Below, one piece after another: positions 50,223-60,148 of a stretch of 64,000 nt of DNA (within the stretch, counting starts at the first letter, position 1; every line of letters starts with the position of its first letter). The translations under genes were made by a program, and so were the position numbers. Source of the DNA: an uncultured Duncaniella sp. (GTDB taxonomy: Bacteria; Bacteroidota; Bacteroidia; Bacteroidales; Muribaculaceae); assembly GCA_910584825.1 (NCBI GenBank), contig CAJUCI010000005.1, positions 53,055-117,054 on the forward strand. Reading direction: 5' to 3'. A model generated the notes under the pieces. It was not told where the DNA came from. It was given only the letters and a program-made list of their open reading frames with translations, and ran no database searches.

Positions 50223-52661
50223 TTAACCCAGGGTGACTTCGACTTTGTTGACCGAGCCTGCGGGCTGGAGAGGGATGCGGTTGCCCTCGACAGGCTGACC
50301 GTTGACGGTGAGAGTCCTCACGCCGCGGAACACATGGGGGGGATTGCTGACCTTGATGTCATAGCGTGCGCCACGGAATTCGCGCGACACCTCATATCCG
50401 TTCCATGAGTCGGGTATGCAGGGGTCGATGACGAGTCCGTCATAGTCGGGCTTGATGCCGAGGATGAACTGTGTGATGGCATACCAGTTCCAGGCGGCTG
50501 TGCCTGTGAGCCATGAGTTCTTGGCCTCGCCGGGCTTGGCGGCGTCCTTGCCGGCTGTCATCTGGCAGTAGACGTAAGGCTCCACCTTGTGCAGGTCGCT
50601 TTTCTCCTCGAGATAGGCGGGGCATATCTTCTGATAGTATTCCCAGGCGCGGTCGCCTCGGCCGAGCACGGTCTCGCCGATGATTACCCAGGGGTTGTTG
50701 TGGGCGAAGATTCCGGCGTTCTCCTTGTAGCCTGCGGGGTAGGTGGAGATTTCGCCGTACTCCATGACATATTCGGTGAAGGCGGGGTTGTTGAGCACGA
50801 TGCCATGCTCGCAGTCGAGATATTTCTTGACCGAGTCAAGCGACTTCTTCACGAGGCCCTCCTCGAGTCCGATGCCGGCCATTGTGCACCAGCCCTGCGA
50901 CTCGATGAAGATTTTGCCCTCCTTGTTCTCGTTTGAACCGACCTTGCGGCCATAGAAGTCATAGGCGCGGAGATACCATTCGCCGTCCCATCCGTGAGCC
51001 TTGACGGCCTCGACCATAGCGGCGACATGGCGGTCGGCGCGTGCGGCCTCGACGTCGAGACCGAGGCGACGGCAGAGGTCGGCATACTCGCGTCCGTAGA
51101 TGACAAACTGTCCGGCTATCATGAGCGACTCAGCCTTGGAGCCTTCCGAGTTGTTCTCGGTGGTCTGGAATGACTCATTGGGGTCGTTGGAGAAGCAGTT
51201 GAGGTTGAGGCAGTCGTTCCAGTCGGCGCGACCGATGAGGGGGAGGCCGTGGGGGCCGAGATTGGTGATTACGTGGTCAAACGACACCTTGAGGTGCTGC
51301 ATGAGCGACACTTCCGAGCCGGGCTTGTTGTCGAAGGGCACAGGCTCGTCGAGTATGGTGAAGTCGCCCGTCTCCTTGATATATGCGATGGTGCCGAAGA
51401 TGAGCCACATGGGGTCGTCGTTAAATCCGCCGCCGATGTCGTTGTTGCCGCGCTTGGTGAGGGGCTGGTACTGGTGGTAGCAGCCTCCGTCGGGGAACTG
51501 TGTTGATGCGATGTCGATTATCCTCTCGCGTGCGCGCTCGGGTATCTGATGCACGAATCCGGCGAGGTCCTGGTTGGAGTCGCGGAATCCCATGCCGCGT
51601 CCGATGCCGCTCTCGAAGAACGATGCCGAGCGCGAGAAGCAGAACGTAATCATGCACTGATACTGGTTCCAGATGTTGACCATGCGGTCAAGACGCTCGT
51701 CGCCGCTTGCGAGGGTGAAGCGGTCAAGCAGACGGTCCCAGTAGGCGCGGAGTTCGGCAAAAGCCTTCTCGACCTTCTCGACAGTGTCGAAGCGGGCCAT
51801 AAGCTCACGGGCCGGGGCCTTGTTGATGATGCCCTTTGACTCCCACTTCTCGTCCTGCGGATTCTCGATGTAGCCGAGTGTGAAGATGAGGTCGCGGCTC
51901 TCGCCGGGGGCGAGGGTGATGTTGAGCGAATGTGATGCTATCGGGCTCCAGCCGTGGGCCACGGAGTTGCGTGAGCGTCCTTCGAGCACGGCCTCAGGCT
52001 CGTCAAAGCCGTTGTAGAGGCCGATGAATGTCTCGCGGTCGGTGTCGAAGCCGTCGATGGGAGCGTTCACCGAGTAGAATGCGTAGTGGTTGCGACGCTC
52101 CTTGTATTCAGTCTTGTGATAGATGGTCGAGCCGTCAATCTCCACCTCGCCTGTCGAGAAGTTGCGCTGAAAGTTCTCCATGTCGGTGGCGGCGTTCCAC
52201 AGGCACCACTCCTGGAATGAGAAGAGGGTGAATGTCTTGGGGCGGTCGCTCTTGTTGGTGAGTGTCAGGCGGGTGATTTCGGCGTGGGTGTCGAGGGGCA
52301 CGAAGAAGAGAGCGCGTGCCTCGAGACCGTCCTTCTCGCCGGTGATGACGGTGTAGTTCATGCCGTGGCGGCACTCGTAGCGGTCAAGAGCGGTCTTGGT
52401 AGGCTTCCAACCGGGGTTCCAGACGGTGTCGCCGTCCTTGATATAGAAGTATCGGCCTCCGGCATCCATAGGGACACCGTTGTAGCGGTAGCGGGTTATG
52501 CGACGAAACTTGGCGTCCTTGTAGAACGAGTATCCTCCGGCAGTGTTGGAGATCAGTGAGAAGAAGTCCTTGTTGCCGAGATAGTTGATCCAGGGCCAGG
52601 GAGTGCGCGGGTTGGTGATGACATATTCGCGCCTTGCATCATCAAAGTGACCGTATTTCAT
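50223..52661 (-). CDS. GH94 cellobiose phosphorylase
   Basis: [53 protein letters not shown]; no signal peptide. Confidence 0.92.
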   Translation of the reverse strand: MKYGHFDDARREYVITNPRTPWPWINYLGNKDFFSLISNTAGGYSFYKDAKFRRITRYRYNGVPMDAGGRYFYIKDGDTVWNPGWKPTKTALDRYECRHGMNYTVITGEKDGLEARALFFVPLDTHAEITRLTLTNKSDRPKTFTLFSFQEWCLWNAATDMENFQRNFSTGEVEIDGSTIYHKTEYKERRNHYAFYSVNAPIDGFDTDRETFIGLYNGFDEPEAVLEGRSRNSVAHGWSPIASHSLNITLAPGESRDLIFTLGYIENPQDEKWESKGIINKAPARELMARFDTVEKVEKAFAELRAYWDRLLDRFTLASGDERLDRMVNIWNQYQCMITFCFSRSASFFESGIGRGMGFRDSNQDLAGFVHQIPERARERIIDIASTQFPDGGCYHQYQPLTKRGNNDIGGGFNDDPMWLIFGTIAYIKETGDFTILDEPVPFDNKPGSEVSLMQHLKVSFDHVITNLGPHGLPLIGRADWNDCLNLNCFSNDPNESFQTTENNSEGSKAESLMIAGQFVIYGREYADLCRRLGLDVEAARADRHVAAMVEAVKAHGWDGEWYLRAYDFYGRKVGSNENKEGKIFIESQGWCTMAGIGLEEGLVKKSLDSVKKYLDCEHGIVLNNPAFTEYVMEYGEISTYPAGYKENAGIFAHNNPWVIIGETVLGRGDRAWEYYQKICPAYLEEKSDLHKVEPYVYCQMTAGKDAAKPGEAKNSWLTGTAAWNWYAITQFILGIKPDYDGLVIDPCIPDSWNGYEVSREFRGARYDIKVSNPPHVFRGVRTLTVNGQPVEGNRIPLQPAGSVNKVEVTLG

Positions 52662-52881
52662 TATTGTGTTTTAACTTAGTTCAATTCGTGAGGAGGAGAG
52701 AGAGTCTATTCGCATGGAGGGGAGAGCCTTTGTGAAGGGGAAGAGAGAGTCTTTGTGAGGCCGGGCGGGTATCAGCCGCCCGGTCCCTTGCCTTGCCCGG
52801 AGATGGCTCAGGGCAGGAGTTTGTTGAGTCGGCGTGGCAGAGATGCGACAAGTCGCTACTCTGCCACATGCGACTGTGGGT

Positions 52882-54612
52882 TTACTTTATTGAGAAGTCG
52901 CCGCGGTTGAGGACTGACGGGTGGTTGAGCACGGTGCTCCACTCGTTGTTCTTGTTCCATGAGATGAAGCCGGGGCCGTTGCCGTCCTGTTCATACCAGC
53001 CCATGAAGTAGCTCCAGAGGCAGTTCTCAACAATCTGAGGCTCGATGTCGAGGAGGTTGCCGGTCTCGGAGAGGGCTACAATCTTCTTGCCTCCGATAGC
53101 CTCGTTCACGAGTGAGAACTTGGCTGTCTGGTCAGAGAGGGCAGCCTCATAGAGGTCGGCACCAACGATGTCGACATACTCGTCGCCGGGATAGGTTGAC
53201 TGCAGCTGGGCAACCGATGCGGGCTGACCCTCGTTGCTGGTCTGCATAGTCCATACCCAGATGAGGTTGTTCAGGCCGTAGTCGTTGGTGAGAGTGTTGT
53301 AGAGCCACTTCCAGAGTTCCTTGGTAGTGTCAACACCGCTGTTGCCCCACCAGAACCAGTGACCCCATGTGAAGTCACCCACAGCCTCGTGGAACGGACG
53401 GAAGAGCACGGGGATACCGGCATCCTGCAGCAGCTTGAGGTAGCCTGCCACCTTAGCCACGTCGGCAGTTGCGACAGCATTCTCGCGAGTGCCGGGGATG
53501 AGGACGTTGCTTGCAACAAAGCCCTTGCCGGTGCTCTCCTTGCAGGTCTTGCCCACGTAGACGGCTGTAGCGGTGTAGTCGTGGCCCGAGATGATGAAGC
53601 CGTTCTCCTTGACCTTGTCGGCCATCTCCTGATTGAGGCGGACTGAGAATTCATCTCCTGAAATATCGAAGTATTCAGTATTGGATGAGAGTCCTGCCCA
53701 TTCTTTATCCTTGACTGAACCCTGTGCGCCGGCCTTGACATCCTTGATTTTTACAGTGATGACAGTGCCGTCTGATACCTCGGCGCAGAGAGCCTTGGTG
53801 AATTCGGCGTCGGGGTTGGCTTCGGCATCGAATGTCAGCTGGATGTTGCCGCTCCAGTCGTCAGGCATTACGGTTTCGCCTGCCCATGCCTCCATGTCCA
53901 CATTCCAGTGCCATGTCACAGCGGGGATGCTACCGGCATTCCATACGTTCTGCACGGGGGTGATGTCGCCGTAGTCAATCCAGTTGGCGGGCGATGATGC
54001 GAGGTGGATGTAGTCGAAGCCCACGATTGCGGGATACTTGCCGGCGGCATTGCTGATGAGGTCGCTGAATGCGGTGCCCCAGGCTACTTCGCCCATAGCT
54101 CCTGAGAGCTGCTTCTCGCCATAGTTCTCGAGCATGAAGCTGTAGAGACGCTTGGCCTCGGCAGTGGCGTTGGCATTGACGGGAGCGTTGGCAATCTTGC
54201 TCTTGTCGAGAGCGGGAGCCGGCTCGGCCTTGAAGTTGACGATTACAGCGGGGGCGAAGTTCATCGCATTGGGGGCGGTGACGGCGCGTGCCGGAATCTC
54301 GAAGGTGTAGTCCTTGCCTTTGGTGAGCGATACTTTGGCCTTGATGGTGTTGCCGTCGACAATCTCTACCTCCTCGAGCGGTGTGCCGTTGAGAGTGATG
54401 GCTACTGCGGGGTTGAGGATGATGTCGTGGTCATATGTGACGGTGATGACGTCAGTCGATACACTGACGGTTGCACCTTCGGTCACCGACACTGATGTGG
54501 CGGCAATCTCGTAGGCCGAAGGCTCGTCCCAGTCGGGCTTGTGGTCGTCATCACAGGCCACCATTACGGTGGCGAGTGATGCGGCCATGAATAGATATTT
54601 AATCTTGTTCAT
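52882..54612 (-). CDS. Surface GH26 endo-mannanase lipoprotein with Ig-like N-domain and an inserted CBM-like module
   Basis: VACDDD lipobox; GKYPAIVGFDY, TWHW, FRPFHE, WFWWG, YPGDEYVDIVGADLY, LSETG, FMGW. Confidence 0.88.
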   Translation of the reverse strand: MNKIKYLFMAASLATVMVACDDDHKPDWDEPSAYEIAATSVSVTEGATVSVSTDVITVTYDHDIILNPAVAITLNGTPLEEVEIVDGNTIKAKVSLTKGKDYTFEIPARAVTAPNAMNFAPAVIVNFKAEPAPALDKSKIANAPVNANATAEAKRLYSFMLENYGEKQLSGAMGEVAWGTAFSDLISNAAGKYPAIVGFDYIHLASSPANWIDYGDITPVQNVWNAGSIPAVTWHWNVDMEAWAGETVMPDDWSGNIQLTFDAEANPDAEFTKALCAEVSDGTVITVKIKDVKAGAQGSVKDKEWAGLSSNTEYFDISGDEFSVRLNQEMADKVKENGFIISGHDYTATAVYVGKTCKESTGKGFVASNVLIPGTRENAVATADVAKVAGYLKLLQDAGIPVLFRPFHEAVGDFTWGHWFWWGNSGVDTTKELWKWLYNTLTNDYGLNNLIWVWTMQTSNEGQPASVAQLQSTYPGDEYVDIVGADLYEAALSDQTAKFSLVNEAIGGKKIVALSETGNLLDIEPQIVENCLWSYFMGWYEQDGNGPGFISWNKNNEWSTVLNHPSVLNRGDFSIK

Positions 54613-54642
54613 TGGTTAGTGTTCGGATTAGAGTAGGTTAGA

Positions 54643-56982
54643 TTACTGATTTTCCCATGTGAGCTTGAGAAGAGTGTTACCGTCGCCCTGGATGATAAGA
54701 CCGGCGGTGTTGTCGGTGGACGGGGGATTGAGGATACCTTCGATAATCTCGGCAGTAAGCTCGAAAGTGAGAAGGTTCTTAGGCTCGTTCCATTCGGCCA
54801 TCGAACCGAAGCTCACCCAGTTGTTGTGATTGAGCTGCATCTGGTAGCCTGACTTGTTTTCGGCGAAGTATGCGCGAAGTATGGCACCCGGTTTAACACC
54901 CTTAAAGAGTTCCGGCTCGAGGTAGAGATGCGGTCCCCATGCGAGAGGATACTCGCCCTGGAATACCACAGTCTCGAGTGAGCGTTCCCACTCGATGTGG
55001 ATTTTGCTGAGTACGAATCCTGTGCCCTGCACAATCATGCCGGTCTCTGACCATCCGTCCTCAGTTGTGAGTATGCGGTTGAGAAGGTCGGCAGTGAGCT
55101 CGAACTCATAGAGTGTTGTGCCTTCAGCGAAGTGTAATACTTCGTCGTCGTGTAACTTGGCCCAGTTAGCATCGTTAATCTGAATCTGGGGGTCGCTGGA
55201 TGTGGTGTTGGTGTGGAAGACAATCTTTGCGCCTGCAGGTACATCCTTGAATGAATCCTTATAGAGTCGCACCTTATGCTCGTCGCCGTTCCAGTCAATC
55301 TCGACAACGTCATTGAATATCACGTTCTCGACATGGGTTGCGGGGATGAAGGCGATGTCATAGCTGATTGAGCCGTTTGACGATACGAGGGTAACCTGTG
55401 CTGTGGTGCCTACATTGTCGGGCACGAGGATGATGAGGTTGGTGCCCTGGAGGATGTGCTGTGTCTTTGTGCCGTTGACCTGAACCTCGGTGAGGAGCGA
55501 TTCGTTGGCGATGGGGAGGGTGAATGTCTCGCCGGCATTGATTTCAGCGTCCTCGGCGGGAAGCTGGGTGGCATAAGCGCACTCGGGGGCTGTAAGCTCG
55601 ATAGCGGGAGCCTCGACTGACTCACCGTTGGTGAGGAGGAGAGTCACGGTGTTGTTGCCGGCCTGGAGTGTGGCGGGCACCTTGATGGCAAACGAGATGG
55701 CTGTGGCATCCTTGACATCGACCTCGGTGGAACCGGCGAAGATAATCTTGGCCACGTTCTGGAGGTTCTTGCCGCTGACGGTGAGGTCACCGGCGAGTGC
55801 TGCGGGCGCGGGATTGTAGGCTACATTCTCGGGCTGGAGAGTCTTGACTGCTACGGGCACTGACACGCCTGAGCCGGTGTTGAGCATTACATCGCCGCTC
55901 TGGGTGCCTGCGGGCACCTTGACGGTGATTTCAGTGGGTGATTTGGTCTCGGGCTCCACTGCGTCGGCAACACCGGGGAATGTGATGTTGGTCACGAGTT
56001 CCATATTGACACCCTTGAACTTGATTACGTCGTCAGCCCAGATGTTGTCGGCGGGCTCGGCTACAACCTCCTCGGGGAGTGCAACGCCAATGGTGGCGGC
56101 GGCAACCTTGACGCCCGATAAGGGTATCATGACTACGGTACCGTTCTCGGTGTTGGCGGGAAGTTTGAATTCGATTTCGCTGTTGTCAGGTGTGCTGAAC
56201 AGGAAGTCCACCTCGCCTGCACCGGGCACCTCTACCTTTCTTACGAGGTCGAGGTTGGTACCCTTGATTACGATGATGTCGCCGGGCTTCTTATTGTCGA
56301 GGCTGATTACATTCTCAACGGCGGGATGAGTAATCTGAAGCTCCTCTTCGCTCTTGATTACGTTGGGTATAGGCTCGGCACCGTCGCTGAACTCAAGGAT
56401 GCCTGACTTGGCCTCCTCGGGCACGATGAACGAGAGCTCGTCACGCTTGTGGGTGATGAAGTCATCCTCATCGACATAGATGCCGTCGGGGTAATTCTCC
56501 TTGTCGAAGATGCTTTCGTCATAGGAGAATGTCACGCGTGAGATGAGGTTGAGGTAATCACCCTTGATGGTGAGGGCCTGACCGGGCTTAACGGGGGTGG
56601 GGAGCATCGACTCAATCACGATAGGTTCGGTGAACGAGAGCATTGTGAGAGTGGTGATGTCGCCGCCGGCATGGTGGAGCACCAGTTTGCCGGGCTCGGC
56701 ATCCTGAGGCACCGTGATGCGGATTTCCTCAGACGAGATTACGCGGATATCGGTGATGTCGGCTGTGCCGGGGATGGAGATTGAGTTAATCTGGTCCATG
56801 CCTGAGCCGAGAAAACGCAGCTCACCTCCACGCATGACCGGCGAGGGACCCCATACATTGAGGCTAACCCCACCTTTATATTGCTGTGTATCGAAGTCGT
56901 CATTTTCGCATGATGTCAGCACGGGAAGCATGAACGCCACGCAGAGCAGAAGCAGACTCGAAATGTTAAATATTTTTTTCAT
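54643..56982 (-). CDS. Surface glycan-binding lipoprotein with IPT/TIG repeats and two C-terminal CBM-like modules
   Basis: TSCEND lipobox; repeated PG/IKG.NL Ig-like motifs; two related C-terminal modules. Confidence 0.8.
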   Translation of the reverse strand: MKKIFNISSLLLLCVAFMLPVLTSCENDDFDTQQYKGGVSLNVWGPSPVMRGGELRFLGSGMDQINSISIPGTADITDIRVISSEEIRITVPQDAEPGKLVLHHAGGDITTLTMLSFTEPIVIESMLPTPVKPGQALTIKGDYLNLISRVTFSYDESIFDKENYPDGIYVDEDDFITHKRDELSFIVPEEAKSGILEFSDGAEPIPNVIKSEEELQITHPAVENVISLDNKKPGDIIVIKGTNLDLVRKVEVPGAGEVDFLFSTPDNSEIEFKLPANTENGTVVMIPLSGVKVAAATIGVALPEEVVAEPADNIWADDVIKFKGVNMELVTNITFPGVADAVEPETKSPTEITVKVPAGTQSGDVMLNTGSGVSVPVAVKTLQPENVAYNPAPAALAGDLTVSGKNLQNVAKIIFAGSTEVDVKDATAISFAIKVPATLQAGNNTVTLLLTNGESVEAPAIELTAPECAYATQLPAEDAEINAGETFTLPIANESLLTEVQVNGTKTQHILQGTNLIILVPDNVGTTAQVTLVSSNGSISYDIAFIPATHVENVIFNDVVEIDWNGDEHKVRLYKDSFKDVPAGAKIVFHTNTTSSDPQIQINDANWAKLHDDEVLHFAEGTTLYEFELTADLLNRILTTEDGWSETGMIVQGTGFVLSKIHIEWERSLETVVFQGEYPLAWGPHLYLEPELFKGVKPGAILRAYFAENKSGYQMQLNHNNWVSFGSMAEWNEPKNLLTFELTAEIIEGILNPPSTDNTAGLIIQGDGNTLLKLTWENQ

Positions 56983-57006
56983 CTTGATGGTTGTCTCTTG
57001 TTTTTT

Positions 57007-57047
57007 GCAAGTGCCCGACTTGTGTTAAAGCTGCATCGGGCACTTGC
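57007..57047. other. Intercistronic hairpin (probable mRNA stabiliser)
   Basis: gcaagtgcccga / tcgggcacttgc; on the coding (-) strand it is followed by A's, not U's. Confidence 0.5.
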
Positions 57048-57058
57048 TATGGTGAGCA

Positions 57059-58390
57059 TTATTTTTCGACTACGCGGATATTGTCAATCTTGATGATGGG
57101 GGTGCAATCTACACCTTCCACACCACCGTTCCACAAGAATATCTGGAGATTTGCGAAGTCACTGGCTGAACTCAGGTGGGTGGAGGCGGCAGAGCCGTCA
57201 GCACCGTAGACAAAGTCGCTCAGAGGGAATGACATGGTAATCCACTTTCCGCCGGTGTGATAGGGGGCGGTTGCAGTCCAAGGTATCCAGAGACCACGGG
57301 CGAAGCCGTCATTGTCACCCTTGAAATATGTGTTGTTGCAACCGGGTACAGCGTTGCCGAACACATCCACGCCGGCTGCACCCATGCTCACGCGGTCAGT
57401 GCCTGAGAATATGAGCTGCATGGCGCATGACTGCCAAGCACCGGCTTCGGGAATACATACCTCAAACTTAAGCACCTTGTCCTTGTGGTTGGAGAAGTCT
57501 GCGATGTCAAAGAGGCGTACACCCTCACGCTCGGGATAGCTTACGGGGTCAGTCCAAGCACCGGCCCAGTATTCGAACGAGAAGTTGTTGTCGTCCCATG
57601 CGTATTTGCCGGCGAGAGTGGTAGCTCCGTCACCGAGACGGACATAGTTGCCGCTGATGCCGGTGCCGTCATCCTCGACTGGCATATTGTGCCATCCGTG
57701 GTTGGTGAGACCAGTCAGACCGTCGAAGTCAAACAGCATACCGCGTGTGTCAAGATACCTGAACGAGCTTTCTGTCGCGCCGTACACACTTGTCACGGTC
57801 ACGGGGCCTTCTGCAGCACCTTCGGGCACTTCCACTTCGAGAGCCTCCTGCTTGAGGTTCTTGATATTGGCGGGGATACCACCGGGGAATGTCACAGTAA
57901 GGGGCACATTGGGGTCGTCAGCGAAATATGCGCCTGAGATAGTGACTATGTCACCGGCCTTGGCATACTCACATGACATATTGTCGATGCGGGGTGCGGG
58001 AACGACCACAGTGAAGGGATACTGCACTTCGATGCCTGTCGAGGTGATGAAGCGTGCGATATTCGTCACTTCGCCGGGGATATTGTTGGGGATATCCACG
58101 ATGATTGTGTGGCCGGTCACCATGTTGGGATTCAGTTTGGCCTTCTGGTCGTTGAACCATACCTGCTGAACGTCGCCGAGGTTATCGCCGACGAAGGCGA
58201 GGTGTGCGCCGAGTGAGGCTTTCACAATAAGTGAGTCAGCCGCTGATATGTCACAAACGCGTGCATATTTGATGACCGGGGTCGAGCCTTTGTCCTTCTC
58301 GGCATCGGTCTCATCGCTGCATGATGCAAAAGTGCATGCCGACATTGCACATACTGCGGTAAGGAATGTATATCTGGATAGTTTTTTCAT
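57059..58390 (-). CDS. SGBP-B-like glycan-binding surface lipoprotein
   Basis: ASCSDE lipobox; two IPT-like domains, then LKFEVCIP...W...WITMSFPLSDF...IDNIRV; immediately after SusD. Confidence 0.82.
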   Translation of the reverse strand: MKKLSRYTFLTAVCAMSACTFASCSDETDAEKDKGSTPVIKYARVCDISAADSLIVKASLGAHLAFVGDNLGDVQQVWFNDQKAKLNPNMVTGHTIIVDIPNNIPGEVTNIARFITSTGIEVQYPFTVVVPAPRIDNMSCEYAKAGDIVTISGAYFADDPNVPLTVTFPGGIPANIKNLKQEALEVEVPEGAAEGPVTVTSVYGATESSFRYLDTRGMLFDFDGLTGLTNHGWHNMPVEDDGTGISGNYVRLGDGATTLAGKYAWDDNNFSFEYWAGAWTDPVSYPEREGVRLFDIADFSNHKDKVLKFEVCIPEAGAWQSCAMQLIFSGTDRVSMGAAGVDVFGNAVPGCNNTYFKGDNDGFARGLWIPWTATAPYHTGGKWITMSFPLSDFVYGADGSAASTHLSSASDFANLQIFLWNGGVEGVDCTPIIKIDNIRVVEK

Positions 58391-58428
58391 GTTGTTGCGA
58401 TTGAAATGTTTCGTTTAAACACTCATTG

Positions 58429-60141
58429 TTATTCGCCTCCGAAATAGTCGACGGCTGCGCCTGCAAGAGCGGGTGAGCTTGCTGATACAGCAGCGGGAAT
58501 CGGTGCTATGAATGCTGATTTGTCAAGAATGATTGTATCATACTGACCGCCATCAGCCTTGCATGTAACCACGATATAAATGTCACGGTTGTTTTCGTTG
58601 GTGGCATCGATAGTGGGATACTTGGCATAGTCGGGGATAATCATGTCAGCACGGTTGTGGTTGGTGCCGTAGCCGTTGTTGATAAGCTCGAGCGCAGCGG
58701 CATCACCCTCACGGTAACGGTAACGCTGGGTGTCAAACCATGTCTGGCTCTCGAATGCAAGTTCGCGGCGACGCTCCTTGAGGAGCTCGACATATGTCAC
58801 TGAAGAGGGCTGTGACACACCGGCGCGCTGACGTACCATGTTGTAATACTTCATGGCAGTTGCATCGGATGTCTCGGATGCAGTGCCCATCTTGGCCTCG
58901 ACATAGGTCAGATATACGTCGGCAAGACGCATGAGGTAGATGTTGTTGGCTCCGTCCTGGTCAATGCCTACGTTGCCGTTGCAGTCGGCACTCTTGCCGA
59001 TGATGTACTTCTTGATGTGGGCGAGCATCTCGTTCTTGTCCTCGAGCACGTCACCGGCATCGTCGCGGCTCACGTACTGATAGGTGTAGCCGCCGCCTGC
59101 ACGGTTGAGCATGGGATAGTAGTCACCGTTGGTCATGTAGGTCCACATGCGACGCTTGTCGTTGCGGTCATACATCTCCTGGAGCGAGAGTGTCGGGCCT
59201 TTGCCTGCACCCCAGGTCTGGTCGGCGATAACTGACGAGCGCGACCATGCCACATTGTGGGCGTTGCCGAACGAGTAGCCCTGCACGGCACACTGGATGG
59301 CGAGGATTGACTCGGGACCGTTGTTTGACTCAACGTCAAAGAGTGTAGAGAAGTCGATGTCGGTGAGAGCCTGAGTATTCTCGATTACATAAAGAGCATC
59401 CTCGGCAGCCTTGGCATAGAGGGCCTCGCGGTCGTAGCCGTAGTCCTTGTGGGCGGCCATTGTGACTGCGAGCTTGGCGCGGAGTGCGCGGGCCTTGCGG
59501 CTGTCAAGACGATATGCGTCCTCACATTTTTCGGGCAGATTGTCAACAGCGAAATCAAGGTCGTTCATGGCGAAACGGTAGACGCTTGACTGTGTGTTGC
59601 GGGGCACATCGAACTGTCCGCTCGTAATCAGTGCGGTATTGTTCTCGATGATGGGCACATCATGCCATACCTCGGCAAGCATGTACATGCAGTATCCGCG
59701 GAGCGCACGGGCCTCGCCGAGAGCCTGAGCCTTGTCGGCCTCGGAGATTGAACCTCCGCATATAGGCACGATGTCATTGATGATGGAGTTGGCGTCGAGT
59801 ATCACATTGTACAGTCCTTTCCAACCTTCGTTGAGGTAGGGGTTAACGGAGGTATATGTTCCGAAATACCACTGTCCTTCATCAGCATAGGTATAGAAAA
59901 TGTCGCCGTTAATCATGTCCATCTTCCACTGGAAGTTCATGTGGAAGTTGCTCCATGTCTTAGAGGCGTATAGAGCCATAGTGGTTGACCTCAGAGCCTC
60001 GGGTGAAGTGTAGAAGGTCTCCAAAACCTGCTTGTCGACCGGGTCGATGGTGAGAAAGTCGTTGCAAGATGCAAGCGAACCTCCGAGCACCACGGCTATA
60101 GCAGAAACCTTGAATATATTTTTCATTTTACGTATTTCCAT
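58429..60141 (-). CDS. SusD-like lipoprotein of the mannan PUL
   Basis: ASCNDFL lipobox, GEARALRG, MRLADVYL, ERRRELAFE. Confidence 0.94.
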   Translation of the reverse strand: MEIRKMKNIFKVSAIAVVLGGSLASCNDFLTIDPVDKQVLETFYTSPEALRSTTMALYASKTWSNFHMNFQWKMDMINGDIFYTYADEGQWYFGTYTSVNPYLNEGWKGLYNVILDANSIINDIVPICGGSISEADKAQALGEARALRGYCMYMLAEVWHDVPIIENNTALITSGQFDVPRNTQSSVYRFAMNDLDFAVDNLPEKCEDAYRLDSRKARALRAKLAVTMAAHKDYGYDREALYAKAAEDALYVIENTQALTDIDFSTLFDVESNNGPESILAIQCAVQGYSFGNAHNVAWSRSSVIADQTWGAGKGPTLSLQEMYDRNDKRRMWTYMTNGDYYPMLNRAGGGYTYQYVSRDDAGDVLEDKNEMLAHIKKYIIGKSADCNGNVGIDQDGANNIYLMRLADVYLTYVEAKMGTASETSDATAMKYYNMVRQRAGVSQPSSVTYVELLKERRRELAFESQTWFDTQRYRYREGDAAALELINNGYGTNHNRADMIIPDYAKYPTIDATNENNRDIYIVVTCKADGGQYDTIILDKSAFIAPIPAAVSASSPALAGAAVDYFGGE

Positions 60142-60148
60142 TTAGATG

